Source of the DNA: Angustibacter luteus
GTDB taxonomy: Bacteria; Actinomycetota; Actinomycetes; Actinomycetales; Angustibacteraceae
NCBI RefSeq assembly: GCF_039541115.1
Contig: NZ_BAABFP010000008.1
Location: 372,001-436,000 of the forward strand
Direction of reading: 5' to 3'
DNA length: 64,000 bases
Shown here: positions 42,001 through 49,338 of the stretch, one piece after another
Numbering within the stretch: position 1 is the first letter of the stretch
Layout: each line of letters begins with the position of its first letter
Program-made: the position numbers and the translations under genes
The notes under the pieces: generated by a model
What the model saw: only the letters and a program-made list of their open reading frames with translations
Told to the model about the DNA's origin: nothing
Databases searched by the model: none

Positions 42001-44309
42001 TTCAGTCCGACGACGACACGGCCACCGTCACCATCCCCGCCGACCCGGCGCTGACCCTGGTCAAGTCGGCCACCCCCGGCAGCGTCTCCGCGGTCGGCGA
42101 CCAGGTCGACTACGCGTTCCTGGTCACCAACACCGGCAACGACACGATCAGCCAGCTGTCGGTCGACGACCAGCTCAGCAGCCCCGCCGGGCCGGCCGTG
42201 GACGTCACCTGCCCGACGTCCACCCTCGCGCCGAGCGCGTCGACCACCTGCACCGCGACGTACACCGTGACCCAGGCCGACCTCGACCACGGCGCCATCG
42301 ACAACACCGCGACCGCGACCGGTGTCGACCCCCAGGCCGGTCCGGTCGCGTCCAACGAGTCGAGCGCCTCGGTGAGCGCGGCCCAGTCGCCCGCCGTCAC
42401 GCTGACCAAGACGGCGGCCCCGACGTCCGTGACGCAGGCCGGCCAGACCGTCACCTACCGCTTCCTGGCCAGCAACACCGGCAACGTCACGGTCAGCGAC
42501 CTCACCGTCCTCGACTCGCTGACCCCGCCCGCCGGCCCGGCGCTGGCGGTGAGCTGCCCGGCCACCACGCTGGCACCGGGTACGTCCACGACCTGCACCG
42601 CCGACTACGTGGTGATCCAGGCCGACGTCGACCACGGCCGCATCGACAACTCCGCCGTCGCCCAGGCCACCGGCCCGGCGGGGCAGCAGGTCTCGTCCGA
42701 CGCCTCGACCGCGGTCGTGGACGTCGGTGCCCTGCCGTCCCTGACGCTGGCCAAGTCGGCCTCCCCGACGTCCGCCGCGCGAGCGGGCCAGAGCATCACC
42801 TACACGTTCCGGGTCACCAACACGGGCAACGTGACCCTGGCGGCGCTCGCCGTCACCGACACGTTCACCGCCCCCGCCGGCCCGGAACCCACGATCGTGT
42901 GCCCCGACAGCCCACTCGCCCCCGGTGGCTCGGCGACCTGCACGTCGACGTACTCGGTGACCCAGGCCGATGTCGACCACGGCACCGTCGACAACAGCGC
43001 GTTGGCGGCCGCCACCGTGCCCGGCGGGGGCGACGTCCAGTCAGCGCCGTCCACCGCCCGCGTCACCATCGGCGCCGCGCCGTCGCTGTCGCTGGTCAAG
43101 TCCTCGCCCACCACCCTGGTGTCCCACGCCGGCGAGTCGGTGACCTACGAGTTCCTCGCGACCAACACCGGCAACGTCACGCTGCACGGCGTCGTCATCG
43201 TGGACACCTTCGAGGCGCCCGCCGGCCCCGGGCTGACCGCGGTCTGCCCGGACACACCGCTGCCGCCAGGCGCCCAGACGACCTGCACCGCCGACTACGT
43301 CGTGACGCAGGCCGACATCGACCACGGCCAGATCAGCAACACCGCGACGGCTGACGCCACCGACCCGGACGGCGGGACGGCGACCTCGGCCCCGTCGACC
43401 GCGGTGATCCCCGTCTTCGCCGGGCCACCCGCGATCAGCCTCGTCAAGGAGGCCGCCGTCAACGACACGAACGGCAACGCCGTCCTGGACGTCGGCGACG
43501 AGGTGAGCTGGACGTTCGTGGTGACGAACACCGGGCAGATCACCCTCGGTATCGCCGTCGAGGACGACACCGCAGGACCGGTCACCTGCCCCGTCCCGAC
43601 CTTGGTGCCGAGCAGCTCGACGACGTGCCGCGCGGACCGACCCCACGTGATCAGCCAGGCGGACGTCGACGCCGGGTCGGTGACCAACACCGCCACCGCG
43701 ATCGGGACACCTGCCGGCGGCGCCCCCGTCACCTCGACCCCGTCCAGCGCCACCGTCCCGCTGCCGGACAGCCCGGCGCTGCAGCTGACCAAGCAGGCGC
43801 AGGTGACCGACACCAACCGCGACGGGGTCACGAATGCCGGCGACACCGTCCGGTGGACGTTCCAGGCCACCAACACCGGCAACACGACGCTGACCGACAT
43901 CGTCGTGCACGACGCGCTGGCCGGGCCGGTCACCTGCCCGAGCTCGAACGTCGCACCCGGCCGTTCGGTGACCTGTTCGTCTGCGCCGCAACCGATCACG
44001 GCCGCACAGGCCGCCGCCGGCACCATCGTCAACACCGCCACCGCGACGGGCACCAGCGTCCGTGGGGCGTCCGTGCTGTCCGCGGCGGCGACTGCCACGG
44101 TGTCCGTCGTCGCCGGTGGCGGATCGGGCGGGGCGGTGTCCCAGCCCGGGTCCGGACCGGCTGGTGGGTCGGGATCCGGGTCCGGCTCGGACCTGCCGCA
44201 CACCGGCGCCTACGCGGTGCAGGAGTCGCTGCTCATCGGTGTCGGCGCGATCCTCCTCGGGCTGCTGCTGGTGCTCGGCACGCTGGTCCGCCGACGCGAT
44301 GAGGCATGA
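33090..44309 (+). CDS. Giant sortase-anchored surface protein/adhesin with 29 DUF11/DUF7507-like Ig repeats
   Basis: Signal peptide (...VPAEA), ~340-aa N-domain, 29 repeats 'L.L.K.A...G..V.Y.F.VTN.GN...C....LAP...TC...Y..TQAD.D.G...NTATA', LPHTG + TM + RRRDEA tail. Confidence 0.93.
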   Translation: MHPLPRWRRLVAVLVTVALTFGLGAIAAVPAEAAVEAPLSLAFNQQVYGDALMGGNAVLVCPAGNTDCTNSTNRTSTAVNDNFYMTQTGANAGNGWFNSSSISLTIPTGATIAYARLLWAGDTGVFKTGTNTTVTSRCNSNNSPVAVQPPGAASTTPVQLTVGAKAKVSVTAQRFTTDAIANVSVNQPQYYSAAANVTPQFVGAPTGSPLTITTSNVWTPAGFGCMGGWSLVLVYSYPQADPTNAPTKREVFVYDGHVRQNSTDPTTTTTISGFRVSGQARVGVVAYEGDWGITGDQFSINGTAQTDPGAPNGSSTNFFTSYAQFRSPTAPNNFSVDAKQFNVSTAVIKPGDTSASLSFSTSGDSYLAQELVLSIPVPTLQITKTAAPTTVHPGDTVTYTITVTNPTTGSTASNVVVTDPLTPACNRTIGSLTGSTTYTCTGVAGSGGFTNVATATGTNAQGDALTGTAQAPVTVLNPALTITKTTDQPGYRVGATVTYTITVNNTGNADLANVAVTDPTTAGCARTIGSLAAGDTTTYTCTATAPVSGNSNTASVSGQDSLTRTVTATATVPVPVIRPALTLAKTASPTTATAAGQTITYSFKVTNSGDSTVSSISIADTLTAPAGPVPAITCPVTTLAAAASTTCTGTYAVTQADVDNGTIANSAVANGSDIAGGAVASNASAATVTVTRSPALTIRKTASPATVATAGQAIAYSFVVSNTGNVTIHGITVADVLTAPAGPTPTVSCPTTTLAPSSSTTCTATYSTTQNDIDAGSVTNTATASGLGPNNAPVTSGPSTASVTASAGASLALVKTATPTVVSAAGQQVAYSFKVTNTGNLTVRSLSIADTFTAPAGPVPSVTCPVTQLAPNASTTCTATYTATQADVDSGTIRNAAIANATDAQGRPVASAQSNASVTVTATPRLALTKTVSPATVTAAGQQVTYTFAVTNSGNVTIRSLAIADTFTSPAGPVPAITCPATTLAPGTSTSCTASYTATQADVDNGTIKNSAVAQGTDPSGGSVSSPTATATVTAPPTATLSLVKTATPSTVTALGQQVSYQFRVTNTGNVTLSSAGITDSLAAPATPPLVISCPPTAVPPGASTQCTATYTVGQADIDNGSINNTATARAVSPGGATVTSNASTASVTVNVTSALTLRKAASPTTISGAGQNVSYTFTVTNAGQTTISTVGINDPMFTGARAPVCAVTTLAPDASAVCTASYTSTQADMDRGSIANTATAGGTTPQGGAVTSAPASATVAVSATPRLQLTKSASPASFANQGSTITYTFSVVNTGNVTVSGLAIDDALAAPATPQLGPISCASTSLAPAASTTCTATYVTKAADVDNGSISNAATATGTDPTGGPVTSNQSTATVSAITNAALSLTKTAAPTTITRAGQTITFTFAVTNSGNQTVSTIAVTDINRAPAGPLSGPVTCAATSLAAGASTTCSGTYVATQADVDHGSIADTAVASGRDPTANPVSSNASTAIVTVVQSPALSVVKTAAPSTLTRSGQQVTYSFVVTNRGNVTITGVSIADSFSGPAGPPATPVCPATTLAPGASLTCSASYTATQADVDNGRIENTATASGTDPNGGSVTAPPDTATVTIAASPAMSLTKTATPSTVSTAGQTVSYTFTAVNTGNVTLAPISIADALAPPAVPALTVTCPKAILPPGASTACTASHTVTQADLDNGSINNTATARSTDPSGGAVSSSPSTAAVAVTQQAALTVTKSASPTTITAAGQAVTYAFLVTNTGNQTVTGLVIRDTLAAPATPQLPAIACPVTTLAPNASTTCSATYTSKQADLDHGSIDNTATAAGQDPAGDPVVSPPSTASVGVSATPSLVLSKTVTPTTYDAAGQTLTYTFTVTNDGNVTVRALAVVDPMFTGAGAATCAAGTLAPSARTTCTARHTVTQADLDAGSIQNTATARGTDPTGDPVTSPPSSASASANQTPALSLVKTASPTTISAAGAAIAYTFRVTNVGNVTVGSLSIADVFTQPAAPANLPISCAATTLTPGAATTCTTSYTATQADVDNGSITNTATANGSDPAGNPVTSQPSTASVAVTVTAALTVVKSASPATITSAGQAISYSFLVTNTGNVTMSLLSIDDTLAAPAAPPLTVDCPQRTIDPAAQVTCTATYTATQADIDHGSVANTATANARTPTGTTITSPPSAETVDVDQTAALSLTKTASRDTVTAPGQLIDYTFTVTNEGNVTVDSITISDPVFTGANAPVCRQQSLAPRSSTTCTASRSTTQADIDSGAIRNTAVAGGSDPAGAPVASPAATAVVIATQSATLQLVKSALTEALTTVGQSVTYSFLVTNAGNVTVTDLTIDDTFVAPAGPAEPAVCPVTTLAPGDSTTCLATYASTQADFDQGTITNTATAGATGPQGGAVVSNPSSALVTTNENLALLLQKRATPTQISAAGQQVSYQFTITNAGNVTIHGLALDDVLAPPAGPPVTPTCLLSTLASGASTTCSAVYTATQADVDNGVISNTATATGLDPGNDPVTSNPASAAVVVSRSASLSLVKTADPTTVDHAGQPVEFSFAVVNTGNVTVSSLTIADPPLRSNVPTCAPTVIAPGEGATCTATYVTTQADMDRGVIQNVAVAAGRDPSDVPVSSPQAGVTVDVVQDAGLTLVKTASPADPVTVGTSVDYAFAVTNSGNVSLTSLAIADSLTAPAGPALTVTCPSAALTPDATVSCTASYTVTQADVDNGSINNTATAAAVTPGSTSVTSNESTASVPIAQTPGLTLVKSVTPETAHDAGDRVSYTFTVSNSGDTTVTDLAIDDAFTAPAGPPSPIACPVTTLAPGQDTQCTASYVLTQADVDHGTVVNSASATGTAPGGGTITSNTSTATVSVPAAAGLALTKTASPTTVAQAGATVTYTFAVTNTGNVSVTALAIDDSLEAPAGPPLTSIDCASAALGPSEATTCTASYTVTQADVDHGAITNRAHATALDAAGDPVQSDDDTATVTIPADPALTLVKSATPGSVSAVGDQVDYAFLVTNTGNDTISQLSVDDQLSSPAGPAVDVTCPTSTLAPSASTTCTATYTVTQADLDHGAIDNTATATGVDPQAGPVASNESSASVSAAQSPAVTLTKTAAPTSVTQAGQTVTYRFLASNTGNVTVSDLTVLDSLTPPAGPALAVSCPATTLAPGTSTTCTADYVVIQADVDHGRIDNSAVAQATGPAGQQVSSDASTAVVDVGALPSLTLAKSASPTSAARAGQSITYTFRVTNTGNVTLAALAVTDTFTAPAGPEPTIVCPDSPLAPGGSATCTSTYSVTQADVDHGTVDNSALAAATVPGGGDVQSAPSTARVTIGAAPSLSLVKSSPTTLVSHAGESVTYEFLATNTGNVTLHGVVIVDTFEAPAGPGLTAVCPDTPLPPGAQTTCTADYVVTQADIDHGQISNTATADATDPDGGTATSAPSTAVIPVFAGPPAISLVKEAAVNDTNGNAVLDVGDEVSWTFVVTNTGQITLGIAVEDDTAGPVTCPVPTLVPSSSTTCRADRPHVISQADVDAGSVTNTATAIGTPAGGAPVTSTPSSATVPLPDSPALQLTKQAQVTDTNRDGVTNAGDTVRWTFQATNTGNTTLTDIVVHDALAGPVTCPSSNVAPGRSVTCSSAPQPITAAQAAAGTIVNTATATGTSVRGASVLSAAATATVSVVAGGGSGGAVSQPGSGPAGGSGSGSGSDLPHTGAYAVQESLLIGVGAILLGLLLVLGTLVRRRDEA

Positions 44310-44337
44310 TCGAAATCCGACCGACCCTAGGAGCAGC

Positions 44338-44778
44338 GTGTTCTCGAAGTCTGCCGTCGTCCTGCTGACTGTCGCCGTGGCAAGCACGGTGGTCGGCTGC
44401 ACGTCCTCGGACCAGAAGCCCACGCCGACCGGCGCCGCGGCGTCCGGCAGCAAGACCACGCCGGCGCACGTCCCCACGCAGGAGCCCCTGCCCGAGCCGT
44501 CGAAGATCCGCAACGACGTGAAGCTGCGCCGCACCACCGCCATCACCGGCTGCACCTCGAAGTCGGGCGGGTGGCAGGCCACGGGGAAGTCCGTCAACCC
44601 CAGCAAGAAGGACGTGAAGCTCACCATCACGGTGTTCTTCACCACGACCGCCGCCACCGTGCTGGACTACGCGACGACGAAGGTCACCGTGCCGGCCAAG
44701 GGCGATGCCACGTGGACCGCCGCCGCCAGCTTCGCGGCCGAGCCGAACATGCGCTGCGTCCTGCGGGGCGTCGGCTAG
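44338..44778 (+). CDS. Putative lipoprotein
   Basis: AGGAG SD, lipobox VVGC, Pro/Thr linker, ~100-aa beta domain with two Cys. Confidence 0.8.
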   Translation: MFSKSAVVLLTVAVASTVVGCTSSDQKPTPTGAAASGSKTTPAHVPTQEPLPEPSKIRNDVKLRRTTAITGCTSKSGGWQATGKSVNPSKKDVKLTITVFFTTTAATVLDYATTKVTVPAKGDATWTAAASFAAEPNMRCVLRGVG

Positions 44779-44798
44779 ACCGCCCGGCCGTGGTGAGA

Positions 44799-45848
44799 TC
44801 AGCCCTGCGCCGCGCGCAGCCGGCGCACCGCCTCGTCCGGCACCAGCTCGCGCGGCAGGACCTGCAGCAGGCCGGTGGTCGTGGCCAGCACGACGACGTC
44901 GCCCCGGACGTCGCAGCGGCGGATCGCGGTGTACGCGAGGGAGGCTTCGGCGCCGTCGACGTCGAGGTGCAGGTGGGTGTCGTCGAAGCGACTACGTAGC
45001 CTCCGGCCGACTCGCGCGCTGCGCCGCCACGTCCTCCTGGTCTGGAGCGCGGCGGCCAGGAGCACGGAACCGGCGAACAGCAGGGCCACCGCGGCGCCGG
45101 GCACCCACCCGATGGCGTCTCCCACCCACACCCCCAACCCGATCGAGATCAGCGGCACGGCGAGACCGACCCGGCCCCGCAGCAGCCGGTACCGCAGCAC
45201 CGCGGGATACGCGCGCTCGAGCATCTCGGCCGTGAGCACCACGGCGCCGCCGACCACGTCCGGATCCACCCGTTCGGGCTCGAGCTCGACCGGACCTGCC
45301 ACGACCGGACCTGCCACGACCTGACCCGCCACGTCGGGCGCCTGCGCGAGGGCGATCCGCTCCCGCAGCCACGCGACGTCCGCGGCGGTGAGCAACCCGG
45401 GAGGCAACGTGATGGAGCTGCGCACCCGCCGCATCGGCAGGACCACGTGACCCTGCACGAGGAGCGGCTCCCGGATGTCGGCGTACGGCGACTGTCCTTC
45501 ACCGACAGCGGTCCGCACCCGCAGCACGTCGTCCGCGAGGTCGACGGCCAGCGTGGCCCCGGCCGGGCACAGCGCCAGGGTCGCACGCATCAGGCGCCGG
45601 TGGGTCGCCCACACCAGGACCGCCGCCACGACGACGGCCGACACGAGGCCTTGCACCACAGCGCCTGTCGGGTAGCCGTCCGAGGCGAGCGGCAACGCAC
45701 CGAGGACGCCGACGAGCAGCACCGCGCCCACGGGCCCCGGGCGGAGCAGCCGTGCCCGGACCAGGGCCCGAGCCATGGCGGGCGCCGTCCCACGACCGCA
45801 GGTCATCGACCGGTACTGCCCGGCGCGGGGCTTGTCACCTTCAGTCAT
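44799..45848 (-). CDS. Membrane protein with two tandem YcxB-like modules
   Basis: Two (2 TM + beta domain ending 'LP..L') units joined by a VAGQV/VAGPV/VAGPV linker; TAGGCT upstream of the ATG. Confidence 0.65.
   Translation of the reverse strand: MTEGDKPRAGQYRSMTCGRGTAPAMARALVRARLLRPGPVGAVLLVGVLGALPLASDGYPTGAVVQGLVSAVVVAAVLVWATHRRLMRATLALCPAGATLAVDLADDVLRVRTAVGEGQSPYADIREPLLVQGHVVLPMRRVRSSITLPPGLLTAADVAWLRERIALAQAPDVAGQVVAGPVVAGPVELEPERVDPDVVGGAVVLTAEMLERAYPAVLRYRLLRGRVGLAVPLISIGLGVWVGDAIGWVPGAAVALLFAGSVLLAAALQTRRTWRRSARVGRRLRSRFDDTHLHLDVDGAEASLAYTAIRRCDVRGDVVVLATTTGLLQVLPRELVPDEAVRRLRAAQG
45288..45332. repeat. 15-bp tandem repeat x3 (third copy imperfect) in the YcxB-like linker
   Basis: GACCGGACCTGCCAC x2 + GACCTGACCCGCCAC. 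Confidence 0.8.
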
Positions 45849-45906
45849 GGGCCCGGAGCCTAGGGCGGCCGACGCGACCCGTGGGCGGAAACAGCGCGCG
45901 CTACGC

Positions 45907-46806
45907 CTACTTGCTGAAGCCGGCGGTGAGCCCACTGACCAGCTGGCGCCGGCCGAAGGCGTACAGGATGAGGATCGGCAGCGTGGTCAGCACGACGGAG
46001 GCCAGGACGGCGGGCACGTTGACGCCGTACTGGCTCTGGAAGGACCAGACCGCGAGCGGAAGGGTCCGCTTCTCGGTGCTCTGGGTCAGGATCAGCGGCA
46101 GCAGGAACGCGTTCCACACGGCGAGGCCGTTGTAGATCGCCACGGTCACCAGCGCCGGCCGGGTCAGCGGGAACGCCAACCGCCACAACGTCGTCCACTC
46201 GCTCGCCCCGTCGACCCGCATCGACTCGAAGAGCTCACGCGGGACGTCGCGGACGAAGTTCGTGAGGACCAGCACCGACAACGGGATGGCGAAGGCGATG
46301 GACGGCAGGATCATCGCCAGCAGGGTGTCGTACAGGTGCAGCCGGATGATGATCAGATAGACCGGGATGATGGTGGCCTGCAACGGGATCGCCAGACCCC
46401 CCAGGAAGATCCCGTTCATCACCCGCAACGTGCGGCCGGCCCCACGCACGATGGCGTAGGCCGCCATGAACGACACGAGCACGGCCGGCACGATCGTCCC
46501 GGCCGTCACGATCACGCTGTTCAGGAAGTACCGCGGAAAGCCGGAGTGGATGACCAGCTGGTAGTTGGCGAAGGTCGGCTCGGGCGGCGGCTTGAGCGGG
46601 TTCATCGCGTAGTAGTTGGCCTGCGTCTTGAAGCTCGTGATGACGATCCAATAGACGGGCACGATCACGATCACGAGCCAGACGATGCCCAGGATCGCGC
46701 CCAACCAGTTGGGTCGCGGACGGCGTCCGGCCGGTCCCTCGTGGCGGGTCGGGGTCTTGCGACGTCCCTGCGTCGGCGTGGTCACCGTGGTCGCCACGTC
46801 AGCCAC
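45907..46806 (-). CDS. Carbohydrate ABC transporter permease (BxlG/MalG-like)
   Basis: VPRELFESMRVDGA EAA loop, ITSFK, WNAFLLPL, LVSGLTAG. Confidence 0.92.
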   Translation of the reverse strand: MADVATTVTTPTQGRRKTPTRHEGPAGRRPRPNWLGAILGIVWLVIVIVPVYWIVITSFKTQANYYAMNPLKPPPEPTFANYQLVIHSGFPRYFLNSVIVTAGTIVPAVLVSFMAAYAIVRGAGRTLRVMNGIFLGGLAIPLQATIIPVYLIIIRLHLYDTLLAMILPSIAFAIPLSVLVLTNFVRDVPRELFESMRVDGASEWTTLWRLAFPLTRPALVTVAIYNGLAVWNAFLLPLILTQSTEKRTLPLAVWSFQSQYGVNVPAVLASVVLTTLPILILYAFGRRQLVSGLTAGFSK

Positions 46807-47716
46807 CTTCCAACGTGCTCTGGGTGTTCGCCCCGCCGCCGATGCGGCGCAGGAGCAGCGCCAGGCCCACCCCGAAGAGGACGAGGATGACCGCGATCAC
46901 GCTGGCCAGGCCCATCAGGTTCGCCTGGAAGCCCGTCTTGTACATGGACAGCGCCAGCACTCGCGTGGCATCGCCGGGCCCGCCGGCGGTGAGGATGAAG
47001 ATCAGGTCGAAGAAGGTGAGCGAGCCGACGACCATGAGCGTCGACGAGGCGATGACCGTGTTCTTCAGCTGCGGCAGCGTGATGCTCCAGAACGCGCGGA
47101 TCCGCCCGGCGCCGTCGATCTCGGCAGCCTCGTACATGGTGCGCGGGATCTGCCGCGCCGCACCTTGGTAGATCAGCGAGTGGAACGGGATGAACTGCCA
47201 GGACACGATGAAGATGACCACGGCGACCGCGAGCCCGCCCCGGCCGAGCCAGTCCTGCGAGAGCCACCCGATGTGCAGCCCCGCGCCGAGGCCGAAGTTA
47301 GGGTCCAGCAACGCCTTGTAGGCGACGGCGATGGCCGCCGAGCTCAGCAGCAGCGGGATGAAGTACAGGACGGCGAGCCAGTTCCGGTACCGCTGGTGGC
47401 CGGCCAGGAACACCCCGATGAGGATGCTCAGGGGGGTCTGCACGAGCCACGAGAGAATCATGATCTTGAACGTGACGAAGATGGCGTGCGGCAGGCCGGG
47501 GTTGGCGAGCTCGGCGCGCCAGCTCCGGAGCCCCGTGAAGTGGATGACCCCGATGCCGTCCCAGGAGGTGAAGCTCAGGCCCAGCACGCCGAGCAGCGGG
47601 ATCACGCCGAACGCGGTGAAGATGACCATCGCCGGCAGCGCCATCCACGTGACCGAACCGCTCCGGCCGGCGAGAGAGGCGCCAGCCGGAGCGGTGCTCG
47701 GTCGAGCAGTGCTCAT
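46799..47716 (-). CDS. Carbohydrate ABC transporter permease (BxlF/MalF-like)
   Basis: IPRTMYEAAEIDGA, ITLPQL, LTAGGPG. Confidence 0.92.
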   Translation of the reverse strand: MSTARPSTAPAGASLAGRSGSVTWMALPAMVIFTAFGVIPLLGVLGLSFTSWDGIGVIHFTGLRSWRAELANPGLPHAIFVTFKIMILSWLVQTPLSILIGVFLAGHQRYRNWLAVLYFIPLLLSSAAIAVAYKALLDPNFGLGAGLHIGWLSQDWLGRGGLAVAVVIFIVSWQFIPFHSLIYQGAARQIPRTMYEAAEIDGAGRIRAFWSITLPQLKNTVIASSTLMVVGSLTFFDLIFILTAGGPGDATRVLALSMYKTGFQANLMGLASVIAVILVLFGVGLALLLRRIGGGANTQSTLEGG

Positions 47717-49050
47717 GTGCCGATGGTCTGGTTCATGTTGGTGGCGAACTGCTCAGGGGTGATCTGCAGCTGGAAGAGCTTGGCGATGTTGTCCAGCAGC
47801 GACTCGGCCGCCGTGGGGCTGAGCGCCTGGTCCCAGGACTGCGCGAAGGTCTTGGCGCCACTGGCGACGCCGTAGACGAACTTCAGGAAGTCCGCGTCCT
47901 TCGAGTTGGCCAGCTCGGCGTCCGCACCCTTGACGATCGGGATGCCGCCGGAGGCGATCCACTCCTTCTTCTCCGCGTCGGACAGGACGGCCGTGGCGAA
48001 GAACTTCTTGGCGATGTCCTTCTGCTCGGCCGTGGCCTTGGACGAGATCGACAGGTACTGGCCGGGGTTGCCGACGGTGTTGGTCGGGTCACCCTTGCCG
48101 CCGTCGACCGGCGGGAAGTTCATGTAGCCGAGGTGGCCGCCGGAGACGAAGTCGCCGCCGTCGGTCGCCATGCTGCCGTACGTCCAGGTGCCGTGCAGCA
48201 TCATCGCGGCCTTGCCGGTGTAGAGCAGGGCCTGGTCGGCGTTGGAGTCGGCGGTGATCGACGAGAAGCCCTTGATGAACCCGTTGGCCTTGATCAGCTT
48301 CTGGCACTCGGTGAGGGCCTGGATGGCCAGCGGGTTCGACCAGGCGTCCTTGGTGCCGTCGAACACGGCCTGGAAGACCTCGGGGCCGCCGATGCGGTCG
48401 AAGAGGAACTCCAGCCACATCATGTTGGTCCAGCGGGACTGACCGGCCAGCGAGAACGGCGCGATCTTCGCGGCGTTGAACTTCGGCACCAGGTCCATGA
48501 TGTCGGCCCAGGTCTTGGGCGGCTCGGCCTTGATCTTCTCGAACGAGGTCTTGTTGTAGAACAGCACGATCGGCTGCACCGTCTCGCACGGCATCGCGTA
48601 GATCTTGCCGCCGACCGTGGCGGCGCCGAAGGACGACGGGAAGAGCCGGTCCTTGACCGCGGCGTTCTGCCCGAACCAGTCGGTGAGGTCCTCCACCTGG
48701 CTGGCGTCGACGTAGCTCTTCAGCCCGCCACCACCCCAGCCCCAGATGATGGTCGGCGCCTCGCCGGCGCCGATGGCCGTCTTGATCTTCGTCTTGTAGG
48801 CGTCGTTCTGGAACGTGGACCCCTTGATCTGGGTCTTGGGGTTGGCCTCGTTGAAGCGCTTGACGGTGTTGGTGCGGATGCCTTCACCCGGCGCACCGCT
48901 GAGGTACCAGTAGGTGGCGCTACCCGTGCTGCCACCACTGTCGCTCGCCTTGTCGGGGCCTGAGCTGCCGCAGGCGGCGAGGCCCACTCCGGCGGTGCCG
49001 ACGAGGGAGAGGCGGAGGAGAGTGCGCCGGGAGATCGATATGGGATCCAC
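47713..49050 (-). CDS. Sugar ABC solute-binding lipoprotein (Tat; BxlE-like)
   Basis: SRRTLL Tat motif, LAAC lipobox, QNDAYKTKI, WGWGGG, WTNMMWLE, QSWDQALSP. Confidence 0.9.
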   Translation of the reverse strand: MDPISISRRTLLRLSLVGTAGVGLAACGSSGPDKASDSGGSTGSATYWYLSGAPGEGIRTNTVKRFNEANPKTQIKGSTFQNDAYKTKIKTAIGAGEAPTIIWGWGGGGLKSYVDASQVEDLTDWFGQNAAVKDRLFPSSFGAATVGGKIYAMPCETVQPIVLFYNKTSFEKIKAEPPKTWADIMDLVPKFNAAKIAPFSLAGQSRWTNMMWLEFLFDRIGGPEVFQAVFDGTKDAWSNPLAIQALTECQKLIKANGFIKGFSSITADSNADQALLYTGKAAMMLHGTWTYGSMATDGGDFVSGGHLGYMNFPPVDGGKGDPTNTVGNPGQYLSISSKATAEQKDIAKKFFATAVLSDAEKKEWIASGGIPIVKGADAELANSKDADFLKFVYGVASGAKTFAQSWDQALSPTAAESLLDNIAKLFQLQITPEQFATNMNQTIGT

Positions 49051-49145
49051 GCTGAGCTCCGAACTCGAAGGGCCGAGGCCTCGCCGCGGCGAAAGGGTGA
49101 GCAACTGCGATGAACGAAATCGTCCGTACGACATCAGCAGGGTGA

Positions 49146-49175
49146 ACGGTATGTTTCGAAGTCCGCGAGTGTCAA
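49146..49175 (-). promoter_or_regulatory. Housekeeping-sigma promoter for the ABC operon (TTGACA-18-TACCGT)
   Basis: Minus-strand TTGACA (49170-49175) and TACCGT (49146-49151). Confidence 0.65.
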
Positions 49176-49279
49176 TAGCCTTGCGGATGGCTTCATCAGG
49201 GTCCAGAGTGACGCTGGAAGTGTTGTAAACGCGCGGCTTTCGGGGAACTGGCACTGCCATCGCCGCCGAACGACCCTCT

Positions 49280-49293
49280 TCGAAACTTTTCGA
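49280..49293. promoter_or_regulatory. LacI/BxlR-type operator TCGAAA-CT-TTTCGA
   Basis: Perfect palindrome upstream of the GH3 gene; degenerate copies at 49115-49126, 49147-49158 and 49291-49302. Confidence 0.7.
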
Positions 49294-49338
49294 GTTGTTT
49301 CGCTTCCAGGAGCGGCTCGGCCGACGAAGGAGAACCCC

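Noticed and set aside
36407..43354. 2315-aa alternative-frame ORF and long antisense ORFs over the adhesin
   Set aside because: Stop-poor frames caused by extreme GC3 and Thr/Ala bias; R/H/P/G-rich junk
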